Shown piece by piece: positions 42,738 to 51,565 of a stretch of 64,000 nt of DNA (the stretch's first letter is position 1; every line of letters starts with the position of its first letter). A program made the position numbers and the translations under genes. This DNA is from an uncultured Pseudomonadota bacterium (GTDB lineage Bacteria > Myxococcota_A > Polyangia > Fen-1088): assembly GCA_963711305.1 (NCBI GenBank), contig CAVQDT010000006.1:717917-781916 (forward strand). The letters are read 5' to 3'. The notes beneath the pieces are model-generated. The model was not told the origin of the DNA. It worked only from the letters and a program-made list of their open reading frames with translations, and did not search any database.

Positions 42738-44192
42738 AAAAAGACTCGCGCCCTGATCGTGGTGTCCTTCGCAGCGGTGGCAGTTGGTGCCGCAATCGCG
42801 TCATGTACGTCGTTTTCGTCGGGCGACAACGGGGGAACGGGGGGCGCCGGTGGTGAGACCACGGGCGGCACCGGCGGCATGACCACGACCGGCCAGGGCG
42901 GTACGCCCGACACCGGCACGGGCGGTTCGAACAACCCCGGCACCGGCGGCTCGACCACGCCCGGCACGGGCGGCAGCACCAATCCGGGCACCGGCGGCGC
43001 GGCCGGCAACGGGGCAGGCACCGGCGGAAGGACCGGGGTGGGCGGCACGACCGCCGGTTTGGGCGGAGCGACCGGCGCCGGCGGCACGGTGGTCAACACC
43101 AACCTCCCCTGCGACGTCTTGAACGCGGCCGGCAACACCTGCGTGGCGGCGCACAGCACCATCCGGCAGCTCTACAGCAAGTACACCGGTCCGCTCTACC
43201 AGGTCTGCAAGGGGGCCACCCAGATGGGCCCGAATTCGTGCCTTGGCGGAGCCGCGGCCGAGATGGACATCCCACAGTTGAACGGCTACGCGAACGCGGC
43301 CGTACAGGACACCTTCTGCGCCGGCGCCGTGTGCACGATCTTCACGATTTACGATCAGTCCGGCATGGGAAATCTCCTCCGGCCGTCGCCCAAGGGGGGT
43401 AACTCAGCGACAGCCAACAACCCGGCTGTCGCCACCGCCCTCCCGACAAAGGCCGGCGGCCACAACGTCTACGGCATCTACATCAGGAAGCTTCAGGGGT
43501 ATCGCGCCGGATGCACCCAGTGCGCGATCGTGACGCCGAAAGGAACGGCGAAAGGCGACGAGCCCGAGACCGAGTACTTTGTGACCAGCCAGAGCAACCT
43601 GATCGACGGCTGCTGCTTCGACTACGGCAACGCCGAAACCACCTCCAACGACGACAACAACGGCACGATGGAGGCGGTGTACTTCGGAGGCGGCGTCGCC
43701 TGGGGCACCGGGGCCGAAGGCGGCCACGGCCCTGCCAACTCGCCCACCCTCAACCCGTGGGTCATGGCCGACCTCGAAAACGGCCTCTACGCCGGATTCT
43801 CGACCACGAATCCCTCGAACGCCCAGCAGATCCTGACCAACACCGCCCTCCACTTCAACTTCGTCACCGCGCTGCTCATCGGGGACTCTTGCTCCGGAGT
43901 CGCTGGATGCGGGACCTCGCCGACCGCGAAGGTGGGTGGTCGCTTCGCGGTCCTTGGCGGCGATGCGACGTCCGCCAGTCCGCTCAAGGTCATGTACGAC
44001 GGAATTCGCCCGACGCTCAACGGCTACAACCCCATGAAGAAAGAGGGGTCGATCATCCTCGGCACGGGCGGCGACAACAGCAACCAGGCTGAAGGATATT
44101 TCTACGAAGGCGTGATGGCGAGCGGGGCCGCGACGGCCGCCACCCTCGCAGCCCTTCAGGCTAGCATCGCCGCCGCGAAGTACGGCCAGTAG
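42738..44192 (+). CDS. GH54 alpha-L-arabinofuranosidase B-like catalytic domain lipoprotein, with no CBM42 domain; intact
   Basis: ATG at 42738 with ggag 9 nt upstream. Signal MKKTRALIVVSFAAVAVGAAIASC, then a (GGTGG)n linker. The collinear match to fungal AbfB covers PCDVLNAAGNTCVAAHSTIRQLYSKYTGPLYQV, DTFCAGAVCTIFTIYDQSGMGN, LIDGCCFDYGNAETTSNDDNNGTMEAVYFGG and YNPMKKEGSIILGTGGDNSNQAEGYFYEGVMASG...AAKY. Confidence 0.75.
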   Translation, partial: KKTRALIVVSFAAVAVGAAIASCTSFSSGDNGGTGGAGGETTGGTGGMTTTGQGGTPDTGTGGSNNPGTGGSTTPGTGGSTNPGTGGAAGNGAGTGGRTGVGGTTAGLGGATGAGGTVVNTNLPCDVLNAAGNTCVAAHSTIRQLYSKYTGPLYQVCKGATQMGPNSCLGGAAAEMDIPQLNGYANAAVQDTFCAGAVCTIFTIYDQSGMGNLLRPSPKGGNSATANNPAVATALPTKAGGHNVYGIYIRKLQGYRAGCTQCAIVTPKGTAKGDEPETEYFVTSQSNLIDGCCFDYGNAETTSNDDNNGTMEAVYFGGGVAWGTGAEGGHGPANSPTLNPWVMADLENGLYAGFSTTNPSNAQQILTNTALHFNFVTALLIGDSCSGVAGCGTSPTAKVGGRFAVLGGDATSASPLKVMYDGIRPTLNGYNPMKKEGSIILGTGGDNSNQAEGYFYEGVMASGAATAATLAALQASIAAAKYGQ

Positions 44193-44205
44193 CTCGAACG
44201 CCGAC

Positions 44206-45852
44206 ATGCTGCGCAAATCGCTGGTCTCGTTGGTATTGGGGGGGAGCCTCGTCTCCATTCCGGTCGCGGCACAGGAGCCCGCGGCCGAAAGCACGCCCGA
44301 GGCGCCTCCCGCAACCGCGCAACCGACCCCTCCGCCACTTGCGGCGGCCCCGTCCGAGGTCAAATCCGAGGCAGATCAACCGGGTGGCTGGCACACGGAA
44401 ATCGGCGGCTACTTCCGAGCGCCGATGGCCCTGGGCATCAGCTCGCGGCCGAATCCCGACACCCTGGATCAGGACCCAAACAGTCCGACGCTCGGCAAGC
44501 TGACCGGTCCGAACCACACACAGGTCTCGTACGGGCCCAATCGGGTCATGGACTGGAACTACTACAGCTTCGCGTATACGCGACTGCAGGAGCAGGACTG
44601 GGCGGAGTTCTTCATCCATGCGAAGAAGAAGCACGTCGACGCCGCGGTCGGGTGGATGGGCTATTGGTTCGGCGGCGTCGGTTTTCGTAACTACGACGCG
44701 GCGTGGGCGCCGGGTCTGGCCTATGTCGCCCTCGATAGCGACTTCCAGGTTGCCGGCTACAACCCGAACATTGCGTTCACGGCGGGAGCGTGGTGGCCGC
44801 GGTTCGGATACTTCGAGAAGTACGACACCTATACGCTCGGGCGATTCCGTCAGATGGGCGGACAGCTCAAGCTGACGGTCCCCATCAACCCGGATGTCAC
44901 GCCGATCATTACTACGGGTTTCGGCACCAACCGGGACGGCTCTTTCAACACGGGTGCCCCCGCCTTCTACGGGTCGGTGACGTCGATCGACTTGCTGTGG
45001 TACTTGAACGCCCAGATCAAATTCAACAACATCCTCGACGCCTCGTTTCACTACAACACCATGTGGACCGCGGACCCCAACAAATGGAATCAGTCCATGG
45101 TGTCAGGCAAGTCCTTCACCGCGGCCCAGCAGGCTCACCTGACCGTCATCGGCGCCGAGGCGCACGTCCGTCTTCCCCGCATTGGTCACATCTGGGTATC
45201 CCCGTCGTTCATCAGCGTCCGCAATGGGTGGGCGCTCGACAACGGGGGCACCGAGGTCATGCATTCGCTGGGCGGCGCGGGCGTTGCCGGGAACTACCTG
45301 GGGTTCGTCGGCAATACCGACGTCGACAATGGCAGCGGCTCGATGTTCAATGTCGGCTTCCTCTACGAGAACTCGCTCTCGAACGCCCGGGGCAAGGCGC
45401 CGGGGGCTCTGCCGGACGTGATGTTCAGCGTGTTCGGTCTGTATGCGGACGCCAATCTCAATTTGCCGACGCCCCCCATGGGTACCCCGACGACCGGTAT
45501 CCCCCCGCACAACATCAAGCAGTTCAAGTGGGGCGCGGACGCAACCCTGCAGTATTTGACCTGGCTCGGATTCATGCTGCGCTTTGACACCGTCAATTAC
45601 GACCTCGATCAACCCGGGCTCGTCTTCCTCGCGGTCACGCCGCGGGTGATCGTCACGTCGCATTTCCTCTCGACCGAACGCATCTATCTCCAGTACTCGC
45701 GATACAAGTACGGCGACAAGATGACGCTCGCTGGGACGCGGCCGTGGCTCCAGCCTATCGTCGCGGGGAGCAACGTCCTGCAACAGGGGGCGTACCAGGG
45801 TGCGACGCCCGACGAGAACGTCATCAAGCTCCAAGCCGAAATCGCGTTTTGA
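44206..45852 (+). CDS. Outer-membrane beta-barrel protein (porin/channel-like) inside the arabinose operon; intact
   Basis: Signal MLRKSLVSLVLGGSLVSIPVAAQE. 548 aa with alternating aromatic/Gly beta-strand pattern and the C-terminal KLQAEIAF (terminal Phe). Spacing to neighbours is 13 nt upstream and 2 nt downstream. Confidence 0.55.
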   Translation: MLRKSLVSLVLGGSLVSIPVAAQEPAAESTPEAPPATAQPTPPPLAAAPSEVKSEADQPGGWHTEIGGYFRAPMALGISSRPNPDTLDQDPNSPTLGKLTGPNHTQVSYGPNRVMDWNYYSFAYTRLQEQDWAEFFIHAKKKHVDAAVGWMGYWFGGVGFRNYDAAWAPGLAYVALDSDFQVAGYNPNIAFTAGAWWPRFGYFEKYDTYTLGRFRQMGGQLKLTVPINPDVTPIITTGFGTNRDGSFNTGAPAFYGSVTSIDLLWYLNAQIKFNNILDASFHYNTMWTADPNKWNQSMVSGKSFTAAQQAHLTVIGAEAHVRLPRIGHIWVSPSFISVRNGWALDNGGTEVMHSLGGAGVAGNYLGFVGNTDVDNGSGSMFNVGFLYENSLSNARGKAPGALPDVMFSVFGLYADANLNLPTPPMGTPTTGIPPHNIKQFKWGADATLQYLTWLGFMLRFDTVNYDLDQPGLVFLAVTPRVIVTSHFLSTERIYLQYSRYKYGDKMTLAGTRPWLQPIVAGSNVLQQGAYQGATPDENVIKLQAEIAF

Positions 45853-45854
45853 AC

Positions 45855-47531
45855 TTGAGCCGCGATCCTTTCGTCCTCGGAGTCGACTTCGGAACGGATT
45901 CCGTCCGCGCCGTGGCGGTGGGCGCATCGAACGGCACGATCGCCGGTAGCTGCGTGGTGCCCTATCGCCGCTGGGCGGACGGTCTCTATTGCGATCCGAT
46001 CGCCAACCGATTTCGACAGCACCCGCTCGATTACCTCGAGTCGATGCAGGCGGCGATCATCGGCGCGCTGAGAGAGGGTGGAGACGGCGTCGCCTCGCGG
46101 GTCGCGGGCATCGCCGTCGACACCACCGGCTCCACGCCGGTGCTCGCAGATCGGGAAGGCACTGCGCTTTCGTTGTTGCCCGGGTTCGAGGACGAGCCGG
46201 ACGCGATGTTCATCCTGTGGAAGGACCACACGTCGGTCAGCCAGGCGGAGCGGATCACCGCGCTGGCGCAGAGCTCGCAGGTCGACTTCACGAAGTACGA
46301 AGGCGGCATCTACTCGTCGGAGTGGTTCTGGGCCAAGGTCCTGCGTGTCATGGAGACCAATCCACGCGTCGCGGAGGCCGCGGTCACCGTGCTCGAGCAC
46401 TGCGACTGGATCCCGGCGGTGCTCACTGGCACCCGCGATCTGACGCAGATCCGGCGCAGCCGCTGCGCGGCCGGACACAAGGCGATGTGGCACGCGCAGT
46501 TCGGCGGCTACCCGTCCGACGAGTTTCTCGCCGAGCTGCACCCGCGGCTGCCGCGGCTCAAGGCCTCGCTCGGCACCGAGACCTGGACGTCGGATCTCCC
46601 GTTCGGCACGGTCTCCGACGAGTGGGCGCACAAGCTGGGGATCCCGCGCACGACGGTCGTGGCCGTGGGCGCGTTCGACGCGCACATGGGCGCGGTCGGC
46701 GGGGGCATCCAGCCCTATCAGCTGCTCAAGGTTATGGGGACCAGCACCTGCGACGTGCTGCTGGCACCGCGCACGGAGAAGCCGGAGACGCTGGTCCCCG
46801 GCATCTGCGGTCAGGTCGACGGCTCGGTGCTTCCGGGCGCGATCGGCTACGAGGCGGGGCAGTCGGCCTTCGGCGACGTCTACGCCTGGTTCAAGAAGCT
46901 GCTCTGCTGGCCGCTCGCGCTCATGCCGGCGGAGCTCGGCCCCGCGGATCCGGCGGCGCGCGAGCGGCTCATCACGGCGTGGACGGATCGGATCATCCCC
47001 GAGCTCGAACGGGCTGCGCTGGCGATCCCGCCCGCCGAGACCGCCGTCCTCGCGCTCGACTGGATGAACGGGCGTCGCACGCCCGACGCCAACCAGCGGC
47101 TCAAGGGCGCGATCACCGGCATCCAGCTCGGGACCGACGCGCCCCGGATCTACCGCGCGCTGGTCGAGGCGACCGCCTTCGGCTCGCGCGCGATCGTCGA
47201 GCGGTTCCGCTCGTCGGGGATTCCGATCGAGAGCGCCATCGCGATCGGCGGCGTCGCCAAGAAGAGCCCCTTCGTCATGCAGACGGTGGCGAACGTCATG
47301 AACATGGACATCGCCGTCTCGGCCGCCGAGCAGGCGGTGGCCCTGGGCGCGGCGATGTTCGCTGCGACCGCGGCTGGTCTCCATCCCACCGCCACCGACG
47401 CACAACGTGCGATGTCGGCGGGAATCGAACGGGTCTACCACCCGGATCCGGAGATGGCAGCCCGATACGACGTGCTTTATAACGAATACCTCTCGCTGGG
47501 ATCGTTCGTGGCGCGCGAGCTGACCCACTGA
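45855..47531 (+). CDS. araB: Ribulokinase (FGGY family); no ATG present, start probably TTG at 45855 or 45849
   Basis: LGVDFGTDSVRAVAV...VDTTGSTPVLADREGTAL...EGGIYSSEWFWAKVL...KVMGTSTC...GYEAGQSAFGDVYAWF...LDWMNGRRTP...ATAFGSRAIVERF...IAIGGVAKKSPFVMQTVANVMNMDI. The approximately 560-aa length is typical of AraB. Confidence 0.85.
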   Translation: MSRDPFVLGVDFGTDSVRAVAVGASNGTIAGSCVVPYRRWADGLYCDPIANRFRQHPLDYLESMQAAIIGALREGGDGVASRVAGIAVDTTGSTPVLADREGTALSLLPGFEDEPDAMFILWKDHTSVSQAERITALAQSSQVDFTKYEGGIYSSEWFWAKVLRVMETNPRVAEAAVTVLEHCDWIPAVLTGTRDLTQIRRSRCAAGHKAMWHAQFGGYPSDEFLAELHPRLPRLKASLGTETWTSDLPFGTVSDEWAHKLGIPRTTVVAVGAFDAHMGAVGGGIQPYQLLKVMGTSTCDVLLAPRTEKPETLVPGICGQVDGSVLPGAIGYEAGQSAFGDVYAWFKKLLCWPLALMPAELGPADPAARERLITAWTDRIIPELERAALAIPPAETAVLALDWMNGRRTPDANQRLKGAITGIQLGTDAPRIYRALVEATAFGSRAIVERFRSSGIPIESAIAIGGVAKKSPFVMQTVANVMNMDIAVSAAEQAVALGAAMFAATAAGLHPTATDAQRAMSAGIERVYHPDPEMAARYDVLYNEYLSLGSFVARELTH

Positions 47532-47548
47532 GAGAGCGAGGTTTTCCC

Positions 47549-49061
47549 ATGATCGATCTCCGCAAGAACGAGCTCTGGTTTCTCACCGGCAGTCAGCACC
47601 TGTACGGCGACGACACGCTGAAGCAGGTCGCCGAGCACTCGCGCGTGATCGCCGATTCGCTGGATCGCTCCGGCAAGATCGCCGCGCGCGTGGTCGCGAA
47701 GCCGACGCTGACCGATCCGGACGCGATCTTGAAGGTGTGCCTGGAAGCCAACGCGTCGCCGGCGTGCGCGGGTGTGATCACCTGGATGCACACGTTCTCC
47801 CCGTCGAAGATGTGGATCGCCGGGCTGACGCGGCTCGATAAGCCGCTCGCCCACCTGCACACCCAGTTCAATCGCGATCTGCCCTGGGGCGAGATCGACA
47901 TGGACTTCATGAACCTGAACCAGTCGGCGCACGGCGACCGCGAGTTCGGGTTCATCGGGGCGCGCCTGCGCCTGCCGCGGAAGATCGTCGTCGGGCACTG
48001 GCAGGACGAGGCCGTGCTCGCCAAGCTCGATGGCTGGGCGCGCGCCGCGTGCGCGTTCGCCGATTCGCAGCGGCTGAAGATCGCGCGCTTCGGCGGCATG
48101 AACATGCGCGAAGTCGCTGTGACCGGCGGCGACCGCGTCGAAGCACAGATCAAGCTCGGCTGGTCGGTCAACGGCTACGGCGTCGGCGATCTGGTCGGGC
48201 GCATCGCCGACGTGGGCGAGGCGCAGATCGATGCGCTGGTCGCCGACGTGCGATCGTTCCTTCGCCGTGGTGCCCGCGCTGGCCGCCGGCGGCGCGCGCC
48301 ATTCGGTGCTGCGCGATGCGCTCCGGCAGGAGATCGGCATCCGCGGCTTCCTCGACGAGGGTGGGTTCGCCGCGTTCACCACGACCTTCGAGGACCTGTA
48401 CGGCCTCAAGCAACTGCCCGGGCTCGCTTGCCAGCGGCTCATGGCCGCCGGCTACGGCTTCGGCGCCGAGGGCGACTGGAAGACCGCCGGCCTCGTGCGC
48501 GCGATGAAGGTGATGTCCGCCGGCCTGCGCGGCGGCGTCTCGTTCATGGAGGACTACACCTATCACCTCGAGAAAGGTCGAGAGCGCGTGCTGGGCGCGC
48601 ACATGCTCGAGGTCTGCCCGTCGATCGCAGATCGCGCGAGCGGCAAGCCGTCACTCGAGATCCACCCGCTCGGCATCGGCGGCAAGACCGATCCCTGCCG
48701 GCTGGTGTTCGACACGGCGCCGGGTCCGGCGATCGGCGCCACGCTGGTCGACATGGGCGGGCGCATGCGGATGATCGTCAGCGAGCACGACGTGGTGAAA
48801 GCCGATCAGCCGCTGCCGAAGCTGCCCACCGCGCGCGCGGTCTGGATTCCGCGGCCGGATCTGCAGACGTCGGCCGAGGCGTGGATCCTCGCGGGCGGCG
48901 CACACCACACCAGCTTCAGCCTCGGGCTCACCTCCGATCACATGAAAGACTTCGCCGCGATGGCGGGTGTCGAGTTCATTCGCATCGGCAAGGGCACCGA
49001 GATCGCGGCGCTCGAAAACGAGCTGCGCTGGAACGACGCCGCCTACCGTCTGCGCGGCTGA
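47549..49061 (+). CDS. araA: L-arabinose isomerase; one frameshift near 48250
   Basis: MIDLRKNELWFLTGSQHLYGDDTLKQVAEHS...VITWMHTFSPSKMWIAGL...HLHTQFNRDLPWGEIDMDFMNLNQSAHGDREFGF... then, after the frame change, ...RLMAAGYGFGAEGDWKTAGLVRAMKVM...HMLEVCPSIA...WIPRPDLQTSAEAWILAGGAHHTSFS. Confidence 0.85.
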
Positions 49062-49197
49062 GCGACCTTGATCGGCCTGAGTGAGGCCCAACCGAGAGAC
49101 CCAAGCGACGACCCGGCGCGCAGGACATCGCCCGTACCGTACACCATCGATGCGGGCGTGGTGCATGGGGTCGATCACGGGCGGTCGCGCGCGTCGC

Positions 49198-49656
49198 TCA
49201 GATGGGCGTGCAGTCCGTGGACAGCGAGCCGATGGTATGAAAATGCGATGCCGACACCTGGGCGCCGAGCAGGCTGGGACCGCTGACGGTCATCATGCCG
49301 GGACCGAAGGTCACGGGGCCACCCTTCGTTCCCGTCTGGCCCGTCTGCTGGATGGACAATGTCGTGCCGTCGAACGTGTACGTTCCGGTGCCGCAAATTC
49401 GCTTCTGCGGGCAGGTCAACGTCGTACCGACGTAACCAGGCGAAGGGCAGCTGACGATCGAAGCCGTGTTGTCGGCCTTCAACTGGAACGAGATCACCGC
49501 ACTGGCAGTCGCTTGCGACCCATTGGTGAAGTCGACCGACTGCAGATCCCAGATGCCAACCACGGTGGTCGGGGTTGGCGCGGTACCGCCGCTGCTTCCA
49601 CAACCCGCAGCGGCCAGGAGCGTCGTAAACAGCATGGCGGTGATTGATTGGCGCAC
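49198..49656 (-). CDS. Small lipoprotein, hypothetical (152 aa, intact)
   Basis: MRQSITAMLFTTLLAAAGCGSS lipobox, then a beta-rich mature region with about 6 Cys. Confidence 0.45.
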   Translation of the reverse strand: MRQSITAMLFTTLLAAAGCGSSGGTAPTPTTVVGIWDLQSVDFTNGSQATASAVISFQLKADNTASIVSCPSPGYVGTTLTCPQKRICGTGTYTFDGTTLSIQQTGQTGTKGGPVTFGPGMMTVSGPSLLGAQVSASHFHTIGSLSTDCTPI

Positions 49657-49803
49657 GCCGAGAATTTAGTCCCCAATCAGATCGCACAACCTCTTCTTGC
49701 GTATTTTGCGTCCGCGCCTCTAGGAAGATCTGCTCAGCGCGGCCACGCCGAGTACGGGGAGCGGGCGTGATGGCGAACTGACGCTATCGCCAATGCCCTT
49801 CGG

Positions 49804-51543
49804 CTAAGCGCGAGGGCGCATGCGCCGGCGCAGCGCCATCACGCCAGCGAGCACCAGCAACACGACGCCGCCGCGCTCGAACGGGCTAGCACCGGCGCCA
49901 AGCGCGCAGCTGCACCCGCCGGCCGCGCCGCCGGGCGTTTCGGGGCCTCCCGATCCGGCGCCCCCGGTGGTCTGGCCACCGCTGCCGCTGATCGTCGCGC
50001 CGCCCGCACCTGAACCCGAGCCGCCGCTGCCGTCGCCAGCGCCACCCGTGCCGCCGGGCGTGCTGCCGCCCGCGCCGCTGCCCCCCGCCCCGCCCTGAGT
50101 GCCACCGTCCATCCGGCTGCCGCCCGCGCCGCTACGACCACCCGTGCCACCCGTGGTGCCGCCGGCGCCTCCGGTCGTACCGCCCGCGCCGCTGCCGCCG
50201 GCTGCGGCCAGGCCGAACTCGTACGCGCCCAGATCCGGCGCGGCGCCCGCGAACGGAAGACCGACGTTCGTCCCCTTGTCGATGAGCGGGCTGCCCGCCG
50301 CCAGGCGCAGGAAGCCGGTGTTCGGCATGCTGCCGTCGGCCTGGCGCGGTCCCTGGTACGAGGTATCCAAGGTCGTGTTGACGAAATCGGTGGCCGCCTG
50401 CGCGATGTTGAGGTCCCAGGTGTTGAACGCGGTGTCGACGCCGGTCATGTTGGCGTTCTTGTTCGGAAACCCGATGTTGTTCCTCATCTTGTGCGCCAGC
50501 GCGCCGGTGAGCGTGATCGTCGTGTTGGGGTCGCCTGCCGGGCTCGCGAGCATGTTGTATTGCGTGCCGTTCATGAACGACGTGTTGTTGTACCAGGTGT
50601 TTCCACCGGTCGAGTGGTTGGCGTAGAAGCCCGACGCCTTGTTCTTCCAGGCCACGTTGTTCTGCACGGTGTGCCGGATGCCGGTCGCGCTGCTGCCCAT
50701 CTTGAAGCCGTTGCCGTTGCCGGAAGCCGGCGAGGTGGTTCCGCCGTTGGCGAAGCCGTTCATGACCGCCCAGCTGTCCTCGACCAGCACCGGGACCTCT
50801 TGCGAGATCAGGTCGTAGCCGTCGTCGGAGTTGATCCACGCGCGGCAGCCACGGATGATCGTGCTTGGCCCGGTGGTCTGGTAGTGCACGCCGAAGCCGT
50901 CACCGTTCTGGCCGTCGCCCTGGCTGCCGTTCTTGTCGTAGTTGTCGTGCGAATCGCAGTTGAGGATCAGGTTACCGCCGGTCCCGTTGGCAATGAACAA
51001 ACCCGGCCCGAATCCGTGGTGGATGTTGAGCAGCTCGAACGTGTTGTTGCTGGCGCCGTCGGAGCGCAGCTGCGAGATCGAGTGATCGCCCGACGCGCCA
51101 ACCGGGCCGTTGGCAATCTCGAGCCCGCGCAGGTGCAACCAGTTGCCGGTGACGGCGATGCAGGGCACGTCGGCGGCCTTGTTGGTCGAGACGTAGGACG
51201 AGCAATCCAGGATCGGGTTCTCGTTCTGATAGGCCCAGAACTTGATGCGCATGCTGTCGGACGTTCCGCTACGCGACAGCTTGATCTGGCGGGTGTTCTT
51301 GTACGTGCCCGCGCGCAACCAGACCGTGTCGCCGGCGACGGCCACGTCGTGGCCCTTTTGAATGGTGGCGAACGGGGACGCCATCGTCCCGGGGTTGGTG
51401 TCGCTGCCGGTCGGAGCCACGAAATACTCGGTGGCGAGAGCGCGGCCGGGCGTCACGAGCACGACCGCGCCGGCGACGACCGCAACCAAACCAGCGACAA
51501 ATGACGACGACGTCACCGCGAACGAATGCTTGTGCGCAGACAT
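49804..51543 (-). CDS. Right-handed beta-helix polysaccharide lyase (PL9-like pectate lyase) with a MYXO-CTERM-type C-terminal sorting tail
   Basis: ATG at 51543 with aggag 6 nt upstream. Signal MSAHKHSFAVTSSSFVAGLVAVVAGAVVLVTPGRALA. N-terminal cap YFVAPTGSDTNPGTMASPFATIQKGHDVAVAGDTVWLRAGTY. Beta-helix repeats (NGDGFGVHY, INSDDGYDL). Gly-rich (GGAGG)n linker. Tail GGCSCALGAGASPFERGGVVLLVLAGVMALRRRMRPRA. Confidence 0.6.
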   Translation of the reverse strand: MSAHKHSFAVTSSSFVAGLVAVVAGAVVLVTPGRALATEYFVAPTGSDTNPGTMASPFATIQKGHDVAVAGDTVWLRAGTYKNTRQIKLSRSGTSDSMRIKFWAYQNENPILDCSSYVSTNKAADVPCIAVTGNWLHLRGLEIANGPVGASGDHSISQLRSDGASNNTFELLNIHHGFGPGLFIANGTGGNLILNCDSHDNYDKNGSQGDGQNGDGFGVHYQTTGPSTIIRGCRAWINSDDGYDLISQEVPVLVEDSWAVMNGFANGGTTSPASGNGNGFKMGSSATGIRHTVQNNVAWKNKASGFYANHSTGGNTWYNNTSFMNGTQYNMLASPAGDPNTTITLTGALAHKMRNNIGFPNKNANMTGVDTAFNTWDLNIAQAATDFVNTTLDTSYQGPRQADGSMPNTGFLRLAAGSPLIDKGTNVGLPFAGAAPDLGAYEFGLAAAGGSGAGGTTGGAGGTTGGTGGRSGAGGSRMDGGTQGGAGGSGAGGSTPGGTGGAGDGSGGSGSGAGGATISGSGGQTTGGAGSGGPETPGGAAGGCSCALGAGASPFERGGVVLLVLAGVMALRRRMRPRA

Positions 51544-51565
51544 GATGGCTCCTTGCAAATTCCGG

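Noticed and set aside
49657-49803. A possible small RNA or riboswitch in the 147-bp gap between the PL9-like lyase stop and the small lipoprotein start
   Set aside because: It has no conserved riboswitch-like motifs or strong secondary structure visible by eye. More likely it simply holds the lyase terminator and the lipoprotein promoter. It was not reported as a feature.
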